Origin: Octopus sinensis
Lineage: Eukaryota
DNA length: 64,000 nt
Assembly: GCF_006345805.1 (NCBI RefSeq)
Contig: NC_043001.1
Span: 28,458,001 to 28,522,000 of the forward strand
Reading direction: 5' to 3'
In this document: positions 12,685 to 24,259 of the stretch, in pieces
How the letters are laid out: every line of letters begins with the position of its first letter
Position numbering within the stretch: the stretch's first letter is position 1
Program-made: the position numbers and the translations under genes
The notes under the pieces: model-generated
Told to the model about the DNA's origin: nothing
The model's input: the letters and a program-made list of their open reading frames with translations, nothing else
Databases searched by the model: none

Positions 12685-12863
12685 CTCAAATTTTGACACA
12701 AGGGCAGTAATTTGGGGGAAGAGGATGAGTCGATTACATTGACCCCAGTGTTCAACTGGTACTTATTTTATTGACCCCCAAAAGTCGACCTCGGCGGAAT
12801 TTAAACTCAGAACGTAGCTAAACATTTCGTCCAGCGCGCAAACGATTCAACCAGCTCGCCGCC
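12685..12863 (-). mobile_element. Family B' SINE (B head and centre, different 3' end with an (ATT)n tail). Other copies about 7915-8110-, 10805-11006-, 32380-32575+, 42310-42427-, 43520-43725+, 43950-44144+, 47730-47872-
   Basis: Shares the B central domain; the tail ends in ccccaaattttggccttgtgccaaaatttga. Confidence 0.75.
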
Positions 12864-13628
12864 TTAGTAGTAGTAGTAGTAGTAGTAATAATCTTTTCTG
12901 TTATGGGTTTTGGGTTCAGTCCGACTACGTGGCACTTTGGACAAGTGTCTCTTCTGGGAGAAGGCTTGGTAGACGGAAACTGTTAGAAGCCCTTCGTGTG
13001 TGAGTGTATATGTGAGCGTGTGTGTGTACGCGCGCACGTGTATTATGTAGCTGTATGTATGTTTGTGTTATATCTAAGTGTGTGTCTGTGTTTGTCCCCC
13101 ACCACCGTTTGACAACCGGTGCTGGTTTGTTTACTCCCCTATAGCTTAGCGATTCGGCAAAACGAAAGATTTGTAGAATATGTACCAAAGTAAAAAAAAA
13201 AGCCATAAACATTGGGTTCGATATGTTAGACTACACCCTGCAACCCAGTGCCCCAGCCTGGCCGCGGTCTAATGTAAACGATTAAAAAGAGCGTAAATAC
13301 GGCAACTAAACCCCAAGTTAACCGACAGAAATAAATGCAAGGGAAACAACCCCGAATTATCCCCCTTGCATTAGGTAACCGAATATATGGTTCAATAAAT
13401 ATGAGAGATTTAGTACCTCAACATGTTAAGACGTTGAATATATGCCGGTTTTCCGCCATTGAACTCGGTCAAGCTGCTTGACTACCACTTTTTCTTAAAG
13501 AGCTTTTGTCAATATTTACTGAGCCAACTATTTATTTCAGTCTGGCGCTTATTTTGTCGATATTTATTAGTCGAACCTCAACGTTACAAGATATAGAGAG
13601 ACACGACATATACGACATGGTTATTATA

Positions 13629-14194
13629 TTGGGTTGTCCGGCAAGCTCGTGTCGTTTTTGAAAGGAAAGAAAACGGTCAATAAATACTTGCCATTACATT
13701 TTTAATCAACCAAATATGAACCACTTTGTTGCACAATGCGTCTCCATCTTTCCTTTAACTTGAAAATACCCTCTTCCCAGAATTGAGGTGGTTTCATGGC
13801 AAAGAATTCGTCAAGGTATCTTTTTACGTTATCCAAAGAATTGAAATTTTTACCATTAAGACTATTCTACAGAGACCTGAATAAGTGGAAATCCGAAGGA
13901 GCAATATCTGGTGAATATGGAGGGTGAGGTAACACATCCCAGCCGAGCTGCACCAATTTTTGTCTGGCTCCCAAAGCATCAAGTGCCAAAAATGAACTTT
14001 CTTATCTTCCATTTTCAAGGGTTACAGAATTAACACAGGTTATAGGAACATAAACCTTCTTCCACGAAAAGATAGCTTAAACTGTGCTCTAAATGGAGGC
14101 GTAGTCAAATCCTATTTTATGGACTCAACCATGTTCTAAAATAAGTCGAAACGTAAGCTACTATAAATCGGCACGAACTTTCCGGACAACCCAA
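13629..14194 (-). mobile_element. Internally deleted mariner element
   Basis: TIRs ttgggttgtccgg(c/a)aag(c/t)tcgtg with TA flanks; N-terminal MEDKKVHF.HLML fused to C-terminal LGWDVLPHPPYSPDIAPSDFHLFRSL...WRRIVQQSGSYLVD. Confidence 0.92.
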
Positions 14195-14984
14195 TATTTA
14201 ATTTTTTTTTAAAACCCAATGTAGCCATAAACACAGATACATGTTCAACTTATGTTTCAGTCCCTGAACTGCGGCCATGCTAGGGCACCGCCTTGTAGGG
14301 TTTAGTCAAACAAATTAGCTCAAGTACTTTCTTTTAAAAGTCTAATGCTTATTCTATTTGTCTCTTCTACAGAATCAGTAATTTACAGGGTTGTAAGTAG
14401 ACATCGGTTGTCAAGCCAGGTGACAAAGACACACACACACACAACGATGAGTTTCCAGGTCGTTTCTGCCAACTAAATTCACTCATAGGACATTAGTTGA
14501 GCGGGTCTATATTAGAAGACATCTGTCCAAGGTGCCACACTATGGGGAAGAACCCGAAACCCTGTGGTTGCAAACCGAGCTCCCTAACAACACAACCATG
14601 CCTGCGCTACAGACATATAATAAAAGATAAGAACAATCGTGTAGAGAATTCTTCGTTGGCTTGTACACAAAAGCATATAACTCGGCTTACCTCGGTTCAC
14701 TTGAGTGTCGGTCAATGATACACAATATCAAAAGTACAAAAAATGCAAATGTTTTACATATATTCTTTTACTAGTTTCAGTGATTTGACTGCAGCCATGC
14801 TGGAGCACCGCCTTAAAGGACTTTCAGTCGTAGAAATCTACCCCAAGACTTAATTCTCTGTAAGCCTAGTACTTATTCTATCATTCCTTCTTTGCCGAAC
14901 CGCTAAGTTACAGAGACGTAAATACACCAACATCGGTTCTCGAGCGATGGAGAGGGGTATAAACACAGACCCAAAAGGCACACG

Positions 14985-15025
<41 letters not shown>

Positions 15026-16248
15026 TTCTTTACTACCCACAAGGGGCTACACACAGAGGCGACAAACAAGGACAGACAAGCGGATTAAGTCGATTACATC
15101 GACCCCAGTGCGTAAGTGGTACTTAATTCATCGACCCCGAAAGGATGAAAGGCAAAGTCGACCTCGGCGGAATTTGAACTCAACGTCACAGCAGACGAAA
15201 TACGACTACGCATTTCGCCCGGCGTGCTAACGTTTCTGTCAGCTCGCCGCCTTCTCACATATATATATATACACACACACACGATGGGCTTCTTTCAGTT
15301 TCCGTCAACCAAATCCATTCTCAGGGTTTTGTCGGCCCGTGGCTATTGTAGAAGACACTTGCCCAAGGTGCCTTGCAGTGGGACTTAATCCGGAACCATG
15401 TGGTTGGGAAACAAGCTTCTTACCACACAGCCACGCCTATTACAGGAAACATGACCCAAGCAAGAAATAATAATTCAAAGGGAAAAAACTGCGAAAAGCC
15501 AAAAACTGATTGAAAGATAACAAAGTCCATCTCCTTGCGTACTTTTGGTGTATCCTGCCCATTTTTTCAGTAAGTACATTCTCTAAATTTTAAAAAGCAA
15601 ATTAAACGATTGGACGACCCCGCGTTAAATTTAGAGTTGCCTCCCTTAGAAAATTAAATCATTAGAAATGTAAAGGTATTAATTGCAACGGATCAGTTGA
15701 AAAAATATAGAGATTTTTAAAGTTTAATGTGACATCTACCTGCCGTATACATAGCGGGTTCGCTACAAAAAGTAATGAAGTTACACCTCGGGTTCCGTGA
15801 ATAGAGAAAGTGAGAATGCGAAAAGCAAATGAAGTGACTACCCCACGTCTTCATCTTTTCCGCGAGAAGATAGCGCATTAAATTTAGAGTTGTCTCCCTT
15901 AGTTTTATTTTATTTATTTATAAGCGATACGTTACTTTCATTTGGTGAATTCATCGCTTGCACTCATAAAATTGTATGTTGGTATAAAATAAGAATTTAA
16001 AAAGCAATTTCAGAAAATAGGGTAGAAATATATGTATGTTTGCATGTAGTTTTGAGTTTGTGTTTTTTTTACTAGGCGTAGGAGTGGCTGTGTGGTAAGA
16101 AGCTTGCTTACGAACACATGGTTCTGGGTTCAGTCACACTGTGTGACACCTTGGGCAAGTGTCTTCTACTATAGTCTCGGGCCGACCAAAGCCTTGTGAG
16201 TGGATTTGGTAGACGGAAACTGAAAGAAGCCCGTCGTGTATATATGTA

Positions 16249-16279
<31 letters not shown>

Positions 16280-16842
16280 TTGTCCCCCCAACATCACTTT
16301 GACAACCGATGCTGTTATGTTTACGTCCCCGTAACTTAGCGGTTCGGCAAAACATACTGATAGAATAAGTACTAGGCTTACAAAAAATAAGTCCTGGGGT
16401 CGATTTGCTCGACTAAAGGTGGTGCTCCAGCATGGCCACAGTTAAATGACTGAAACAAGTAAAAGAGTAAATGTATTAGGGAATAAAACAATAGGTAACA
16501 AATAATATCCAAAAAGGCCTGGCAGTCTCGGTCATGGCCCCAATATACAAAATGGAAAAGCTGTTGCCTAAGGGGCTGGCAAAGGAGGTGCAGTGGAAGA
16601 ACCACTCTTCACTCACGAGGCTAACATTTGCTAATAGTCATTTCTGCCTTGATAGCAATGAATAGGGATGCGATTTGGGGCTAAGAATGCCAGAGGTTTA
16701 CACAGGCTTGACCACAAGTAGTTCAAACTTAATATTCCGTTTGTTCTAAATTCAATTTATATTATAGCGTTAAAATATTTTCAAATACGTTTTTTTTTTA
16801 AAATTCTAAAAACTCAAGACATCTTCACTACAAGCGTCAATA

Positions 16843-17295
16843 CAGGGTGACCCAAAACTAGGTTTACGGTTATTATGTAGGCACTTTAACTCTTTCGTTA
16901 CCAGCCCGGCCAAAACAGGCTCTGGCTTTGTAGTACAAATGTCTTGCTTTCATAAGTTTTGCATTAAAATATACCACCAAACCTTAGTCGCAATTTATAT
17001 ACCTAACACTAGCTGAATGATAATTGAGTTATTTTACTAAATTCTTTGTTATATTTAAAATTATTGAAAGAAACACAGAGTATCTCAATATAAATACAGT
17101 AACGGAAGGGTTAAATTTCTTTTAAAACATTTAAATTTCTATCTTACAAACTGAAAAAGGAACTTGACAAACTTAACTAAATTAGCATAGAATAATGGTT
17201 GCATATTGTTTTTTTATAATTAAGATCTAAACTGTTAATATATGAATGTGAAAGAGTTGGTTGAATAGCTATAAACCTACTTTTGGGCCACCCTG
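16843..17295. mobile_element. Tc1/mariner-type MITE with a nested piggyBac-like MITE (16890-17110)
   Basis: TIRs cagggtg(a/g)cccaaaa(c/g)taggttta with TA flanks; the inner element has c(t/c)ctttcgttac...gtaacggaaggg ends and TTAA flanks. Confidence 0.8.
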
Positions 17296-17540
17296 TATTA
17301 CAGGAAACATGATCCAATGAGTCAACTGACAAATGAGAAATAGTAATTCAACGGAAAGAACTGCAAAAGGCAAAAACTAATTCAAAGAAACTAATTCTAT
17401 TGCCCCTCCCTTGCCATCAGCTGGAGCAACAGCCTTTTCATTTTGTCTGCTGAGACTGCCAAGCCGTTTTAGACATTGTTTTATTCACTAATACATTTAG
17501 GAAGATAAAAAAAACACAAACTCAAAAAGAAAATGATTAA

Positions 17541-17750
17541 CCCTTTAGCATTCAAACCGGCCAAAATAGTCTACCTGTTTTATCTTCAAACCAGTCAGAT
17601 CTGGCCTTTCACACCTACCATACATTGTCATTTTAAAAATAAACAGTCACATCATCGAAATCTCAAAGCTATGAAATATTGCATGACTATTTTAAAATGA
17701 TGTGAATATATAAGCTTTACATTTGTTAGATTAATCTGAATGCTTAAGGG
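17541..17750. mobile_element. piggyBac-like MITE type 2 (other copies 41373-41591, 44544-44764, interrupted copy about 49850-50299)
   Basis: ccctttagc...(c/t)aaaggg ends, TTAA on both sides, about 210-220 bp, shared internal sequence among copies. Confidence 0.82.
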
Positions 17751-17779
17751 TTAATGACAGAGCCCCAGCCAATCAACAG

Positions 17780-18095
17780 GCGCTGGAAGTTGCCTCAAAG
17801 TGAAACATTTCATTTCATTTGAGTTTGAGTCCATGCTCAGGCCAAGTCGAAGACTCCACCCTCAGAGTCTGGTGTGGTTGCCAGGTTGTATTCTCTGTTT
17901 AATTTTGACATGTGTAGGAGCAAGTTTGAGTCAGTTTGTGCTTGTTGTGTATATCCTGGGAGATGGGGTTCATCTCTAATGGTGCTTAAGTATCTATCCA
18001 GCTGCAATTTGAATGATTCCACACTGCATCCTGATAGATTTCTGACATGTACCGGAATGGAGTTGAATAGTTGTGCTCCTCGAACCAACAGACTT
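17780..18095 (-). mobile_element. CR1-group LINE 3' end fragment
   Basis: SLLVRGAQLFNSIP..VRNLSG.SVESFKLQLDRYLSTIRDEP...SNLLLH is a typical CR1-group ORF2 C-terminus. Confidence 0.75.
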
Positions 18096-19264
18096 GACTC
18101 TCGCAGAAACAGAAACCAATAGAAACAGAAAACAAAACAGAAAACAATAGAAACAGTTGTATTTTCATGAAAATTCATTTAAATAACATGCCATCACTTC
18201 ATAAAAGTTAAGAAGCCTATATTCATATATCTTTGAAATGAAAATGAATAAGAAAAGAACATGATAGGAAGAAACACATTTTAATGCATATCAGCGTTTA
18301 TCACAGCATCAGACAGTTTTTTCTTTTTTCTTCCAGTTTTTAATGAAGTTGTTTTGCATTTTTAAAAGTTTTAAAGGAATTATTAAAATTAGGATGGAAA
18401 TTACAATATGGAAGAGGACGAAGTAAAAAAAATGAAGAAGAAACATTGGTTTATTTTGCAAGGTCTCCCCGCAACCCCCATCCCTTTGTTTCCTTCTTCT
18501 CTTTTTCTTATCTTTGAAATGAGATGACGTTAGCACTGCAAAAACAGGATTGGTTTTGATTAATTTCCCCTCTTTTGAAGCCATTAAAAAGATCAAAGCT
18601 TGGTGAAGAATTTCAGATGCACAAATACACAGAGATGTACATGCACATTTAAAAATAATAATAATAATAATAATAAAAATAATAATAATAATAATCCAAT
18701 GGATTGTAATCCATAATTTAAACTAGTTCATGTGTTTGGAATCTTCGATCAAAATGTCAATGTTTTGTCATCTCAAATGACTAACTTTTCCCACTCAATT
18801 AACTTCAAGATTTTTATAGATTTCAATTGTTCTTTGTTGACAATTGTATCCATGTTGAGAATAAACATCAATGCTTGGCCCAAAGCAGTTCTGTGACATC
18901 AATAAGAAGGAAATGTACAATGGTTTTGTTTCAGATGCAGTTGTATATTTTCATTTTAAATTTCATTGTGTTTTTTTTTTTTTCAAATTTTGTTATATTT
19001 TATTATTTAAATATAATTGGACAGATAGGATTTTAAAGATATTGATAGAAATATTAAAATCCAATTTGACAAATCACTAAATCTCAGAGTGTATAATTCA
19101 GAATGACTCTTATAAAAAGCATGAGTTTTGGTCTGATGTGATTTTTTTCTCAGAATATTAATCATGGAAAGGTGTGCAAGACATGCTGCAAACTTGTGCA
19201 GAACTTAGCTCATTCCATACAAATGGTGACAAGTAATAGACTCCAAGATACCAAGACCTGTTGG

Positions 19265-19279
19265 TCACACCGTTGGATA
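19265..19279 (-). CDS. ARAP: Tentative ARAP terminal coding exon: YPTV-stop
   Basis: Strong acceptor tcatctttttcag; in phase 0 it reads TAT CCA ACG GTG TGA. Minus-strand AATAAA hexamers lie downstream (plus-strand tttatt near 18450 and 19000). Not provable from sequence alone. Confidence 0.5.
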   Translation of the reverse strand, partial: YPTV

Positions 19280-22200
19280 CTGAAAAAGATGAAATTTCTC
19301 TTTAAAACAAAAACTGCCACATAAAAATATTTTTGTATGTTAAGACAGGAAAAAATTTATAATTACTGTAAAAACTCATGTAATTTTCAGACCTGTGTAA
19401 TTTACACAGGTGATTTTCAGGACAAAAATTGTTTAAAAAAAGCTTCTACTTGTGTAAAATTCGCTCCCAAAAGTTTTCAGAATTGCCAATATGGCCAGGG
19501 GAAAAAGGTTTTCAATTTAGTTGTATTTAGCATAATTTCACTTATGATTAGATTTAATTAAATTTTGATACCACATTAAAAGCTATTAAATTACAAAGTG
19601 TTTGTGTTGTTTATAATAAACTTTATTTTACATTTCTTGCCCAAAAGAGAGTATGTCTGATCTTTTGCATACTTCTGTAAGTCTTCTCATATCACTATTA
19701 CAGGAAAAGTTGTTGATAATTCTTATCAACAAAAACCAAGCAGATAAATATGCAGGTGTTGCAAATTGAGTTTAACAACCAATAAACATCAGCTTGAATG
19801 ACACTTTACTCAGCTGAGTAAAATATGTAAAATATGGCTCAGACCGTGATTACCAGCATGAACATCAGACTTCTATTCTGGCATTAAATGAGTCAACTTC
19901 CAGTACAAATGTTTATGTTTTGTTCGTCATTTTACAACAAAAAAATTTCTAAAAAATCCTGGAAACGATCTACTCATGTAATTTACGTACCTGTAAGGTT
20001 TATTTTTATTTTTGTGAAAAAAATGCGTAAATTACATGGGTTTTTACAGTAAGTAATACATCTTGAAAAACAATTAATATAAGCAAAAGAATAGATTGAC
20101 AACACATATTTAATATTGGTACATTAGATTTAGATTTCAAAAGCCTAGAAAGGTTTGAGTGGACCTAAGAATGAAAGTGCTTCGATTGTGAAGTTACATC
20201 TACCTAACTTCACAGTAGTCAAAATCACATGATCCCTGATCAGGTTGCTTCTTATAATTTTCTGCTTTGTGATATATTATGTATTTTAAGTATTTATTTA
20301 CAAACCTACATCATCAGAAAATAAATAGCAGTTATCTATTTGACAATGTCTTCATTTTTCAGTGAGTTTAATATCCAGGTTTAGAGGTTATGTAAAGGAC
20401 ATGAAAACAGTTCCTTACTCCATACCAAACCAATGGAAAATAAAAATACAAGCACAACCGTGTGGTTTAGAAGTTTGCCCTGCAACACATGGTTTTGAGT
20501 TTGATCCCACTGAACCTTGGATATGTGTTTTCTATAATTCTATCGTAGTCTTGGATTGACCAAAGCATTGCAAATAAAATTTGGATAGAGAGAAACTGTA
20601 GAGAAGTCCAATGTGTATTTAGAAAACCAACATCAAACAATTCAAACATTGGAAACTCCTCTCATCTTATCGTGTATAAAATTTCAGGGCTGCTTCCATC
20701 GGCATTGACAGTAGGGCAATTGTGAGTTAAGACAGCGGAATCTTAGTCAAATCCTTATGGGCAAGAAACAAAGGTACAAATTCTTAAAAGTAGCAGCATT
20801 AGTGTTAGTGCAGCAGCCATATTGTTGGTATACAAAATGGCCAAAGAAACTGATGTAGTCTAAGTACATGACAGTAAAATCAGCTTAGACTAAGCATGGA
20901 TAACAGTGACAACTGCATTTACACCACAATGGAGACTGACAGAAAAACAACAGGAATGTTTCTCTAAGGTATACTACCACAACAATGCTGACAGCAATAT
21001 TATTATCATGTTGGGTTACTCATAGGGACATATTAGGCGACAATATGATAGCTACAGCAGTATATATGGATACTAAAGCTAGTGTATGGGAAATGGGGAA
21101 AAATGAACACTGTTAGACTCTTGTGTCACAAATGGTCTAACAATTTGTAACTTTAACTTCAGGATGATGGTTAGCAATTCATTCACCTATCAAGCAGGTG
21201 AACACAGTAAGCTAGACAGATTTCCCAGGGAAATATGATAGGTCATTAAATGTGAAACTAAATTGTTCCCCAGTGAAGAGTGAACCACTCAACCGAGACT
21301 AGTGATCGGTCACCCCCAAGGTCAGAGCCAGATCGACTCAGAGACAAAAGACAATGTGAGAAAGAATGGAATCTGAAAGATTCCTTTGCAAGACATAAGT
21401 TCAAAGGAATAGTATTTGATGCAGAAGACAAACTGGAAGAGGAGATAGAAACTTAAAATATAGTGGGCAAATGGTAAGTTTCTACAAGACAACATGCTCT
21501 GAGCCACATACCAAATCATCCAAACTGATACAGCTCATGGAGGAATAAAATCTAAAAGACAGGCTTGGTATGATTACAAGAAAGCAAGAAGCAAGGAATG
21601 ATATGATGTAGGTTTAAAAGAAGGTAGATGTCAGGCATAAGCAGCTTGAAGAGAAGCTTAAAAATAAGCAGCTTGTCAATTTTCAGTGGTGGTAGAATTA
21701 ATGTTCTGTAAAGAGGGAATCGGTTTTTGCAACAAGAAGATTGTGAGGTGTTCCAGGTAGCCGAGAGTATTTCACAGCAAATTAAAACTTCACGGGGAAA
21801 AAAATAAATACACAATGACAGAAGAGTATTTAACCATACTAACAATGTGAGAAGAAAGAGACTTGGAAATGTTACAATGAGGGGTTGCTGAGTAAGGAGA
21901 ATGCATAGGAGAGGAAGAAGCTGGCACAAGAAGTCCTAGCTTCAAAATGATGATGACGATGATGATGATAATGGTGTATTGAGGGTGTTAGCATCAGCAA
22001 CAGATATACTCATCTGCAATAGAATTTCCCATGTACCAGTGTATCAAACAAAAGTACCTTGTGGTATTATTCACCCAAGCTGCACAGTTTCTCTCACCAA
22101 TGGAAATGCCGCGTGGTACGGATTGACGTATTAATAACGTCTAACCAACAATGCTATTGTTGACAAAATACAAGATATAAGACTAGTAAGTTAGCATGAT

Positions 22201-22518
22201 ACAGTACAGGCTAAATATCCACCCAACCATGAGCCTCCAACCATAGGCGAAATAATACACCAATTATAGTGTACTCCCTGCACATCCAGATTATTCACAC
22301 ACACACACACACAATCTGTCATTTATTCACAGATATAATTTCTCTCTAAAAAGAGCAGACCTCATAAGAATGTGATATAGTACAAAAGGAAAATGATACA
22401 GCATAAAATGTATGTGAAAATAAACATGGCACCTTGGGCAAGTGTCTTCTGCTATAGCCTCGGGCCGACCAATGCCTTGTGAGTGGATTTGGTAGACGGA
22501 AACTAAAAGAAGCCTGTC

Positions 22519-22565
<47 letters not shown>

Positions 22566-24188
22566 TCCCCCTAGCATTGCTTGACAACCGATGCTGATGT
22601 GTTTACGTCCCCGTCACTTAGCAGTTCGGTAAAAGAGACCGATAGAATAAGTACTGGGCTTACAAAGAATAAGTCCCGGGGTCGATCTGCTCGACTAAAG
22701 GCGGTGCTCTAGCATGGCCACAGTCAAATGACTGAAACAAGTAAAATAGTAAAAAAAAAAAAAAATAGTATATTTATTCTCATTTTAAACATTTTTAGCT
22801 AATTAATAAGTGTTGCCTTGTTTTTGAGATATTTCCTGAACTATAAGAAATATTAGAACACGAAGTCTTAGGATACAATGTCTTAAAATTAAACTAGCTA
22901 TTCTATTAATACATCGTTTTAGTACAGCCACAAAATTATTCCTAGCCTTTTTTTGTTTTCTTTTTAAGGCAAACTGTAAATAAAATTCTACTGCCTAAGA
23001 GACAAGAAAATAAGCTTACCTTTGTAAACATCATACCAGCATACCAAACATACATATCATGTATTGTAGGGAAGTATAAAGCTTTGCCAAAATAGGGTGT
23101 ATCTTTTGACCTGTAATAAAGAGAACACAAGAACAAACTTAAATATTTTTTTCCTAATATTTCATAACAGAGTCACTTTATAAATTCAAGGAAATCTAAC
23201 ACCAGACCTCAGTTACAATTGAGATATGTGACTTTTGTAGTAGTCAGAGGTAACTGTTATCAGACACAAGGTGGTGAGCTGGCAGAAACGTTAGCACGCC
23301 GAGCGAAATGCGTTGCCGTATTTCGTCTGCCGTTACGTTCAAATTAAGCCGAGGTCGACTTTGCCTTTCATCCTTTCGGGGTCGATTAAATAAGTACCAG
23401 TTACGCACTGGGGTCGATATAATCGACTTAATCCGTTTGTCTGTCTTTGTTTGTCCTCTCTGTGTTTAGCTCCTTGTGGGTAGTAAAGAAATAGATATCA
23501 GACACTATAAGAGGTTTATCAATGTGAATGGTCATGCTTGAAGACACTGAATTATACCTGAAATATAGGTATAAATCATTGACAGAGCGGCTAACTGGCT
23601 TCCATGCCAGTGGCACTTAAAAAGCACCATTCGAGCGTGATCGTTACCAACGTCACATTACTGGCACCTGTGCTGGTGGCATGTGTAAAAAGATTTGAGC
23701 GAGGTCGTTGCTAGTACTGCCTGACTGGCCCCCATGCCGGTGGCACGTACAAAGCACCCACTACACTCTTGGAGTGGTTGGCGTTATGAAGGACATCCAG
23801 CTGTAGAAACTCTGCCAAATCAAGATTGGAGCCTGGTACAGCCATCTGGTTCGCCAGCCCTCAAGCAACATCGTCCAACCCAAGCTAGCATGGAAAGTGG
23901 ACATTAAACGATGATGATAATGATGATGATAGGTATCTTCCTAAAAAGAAAACCTATTTGCCAACATGATAAACACAGACCCACATTTCAAATGTTTTCT
24001 CTCCCCATTTCCTCTGACACTATTTCTATTTCTAGCTTTGCCTCCTCTGTTTTGGCCCCCTATATCAATCTAACTTCTACTCCTCCATACTTTACCCAGA
24101 CTACTGGATTTGAAGTCTTATCATCCTCATTTCTTTTGTTTTCTGCCCAAGAAATGCATTTTCCTACAATCATGGAATCTCCACCTCT

Positions 24189-24259
<71 letters not shown>

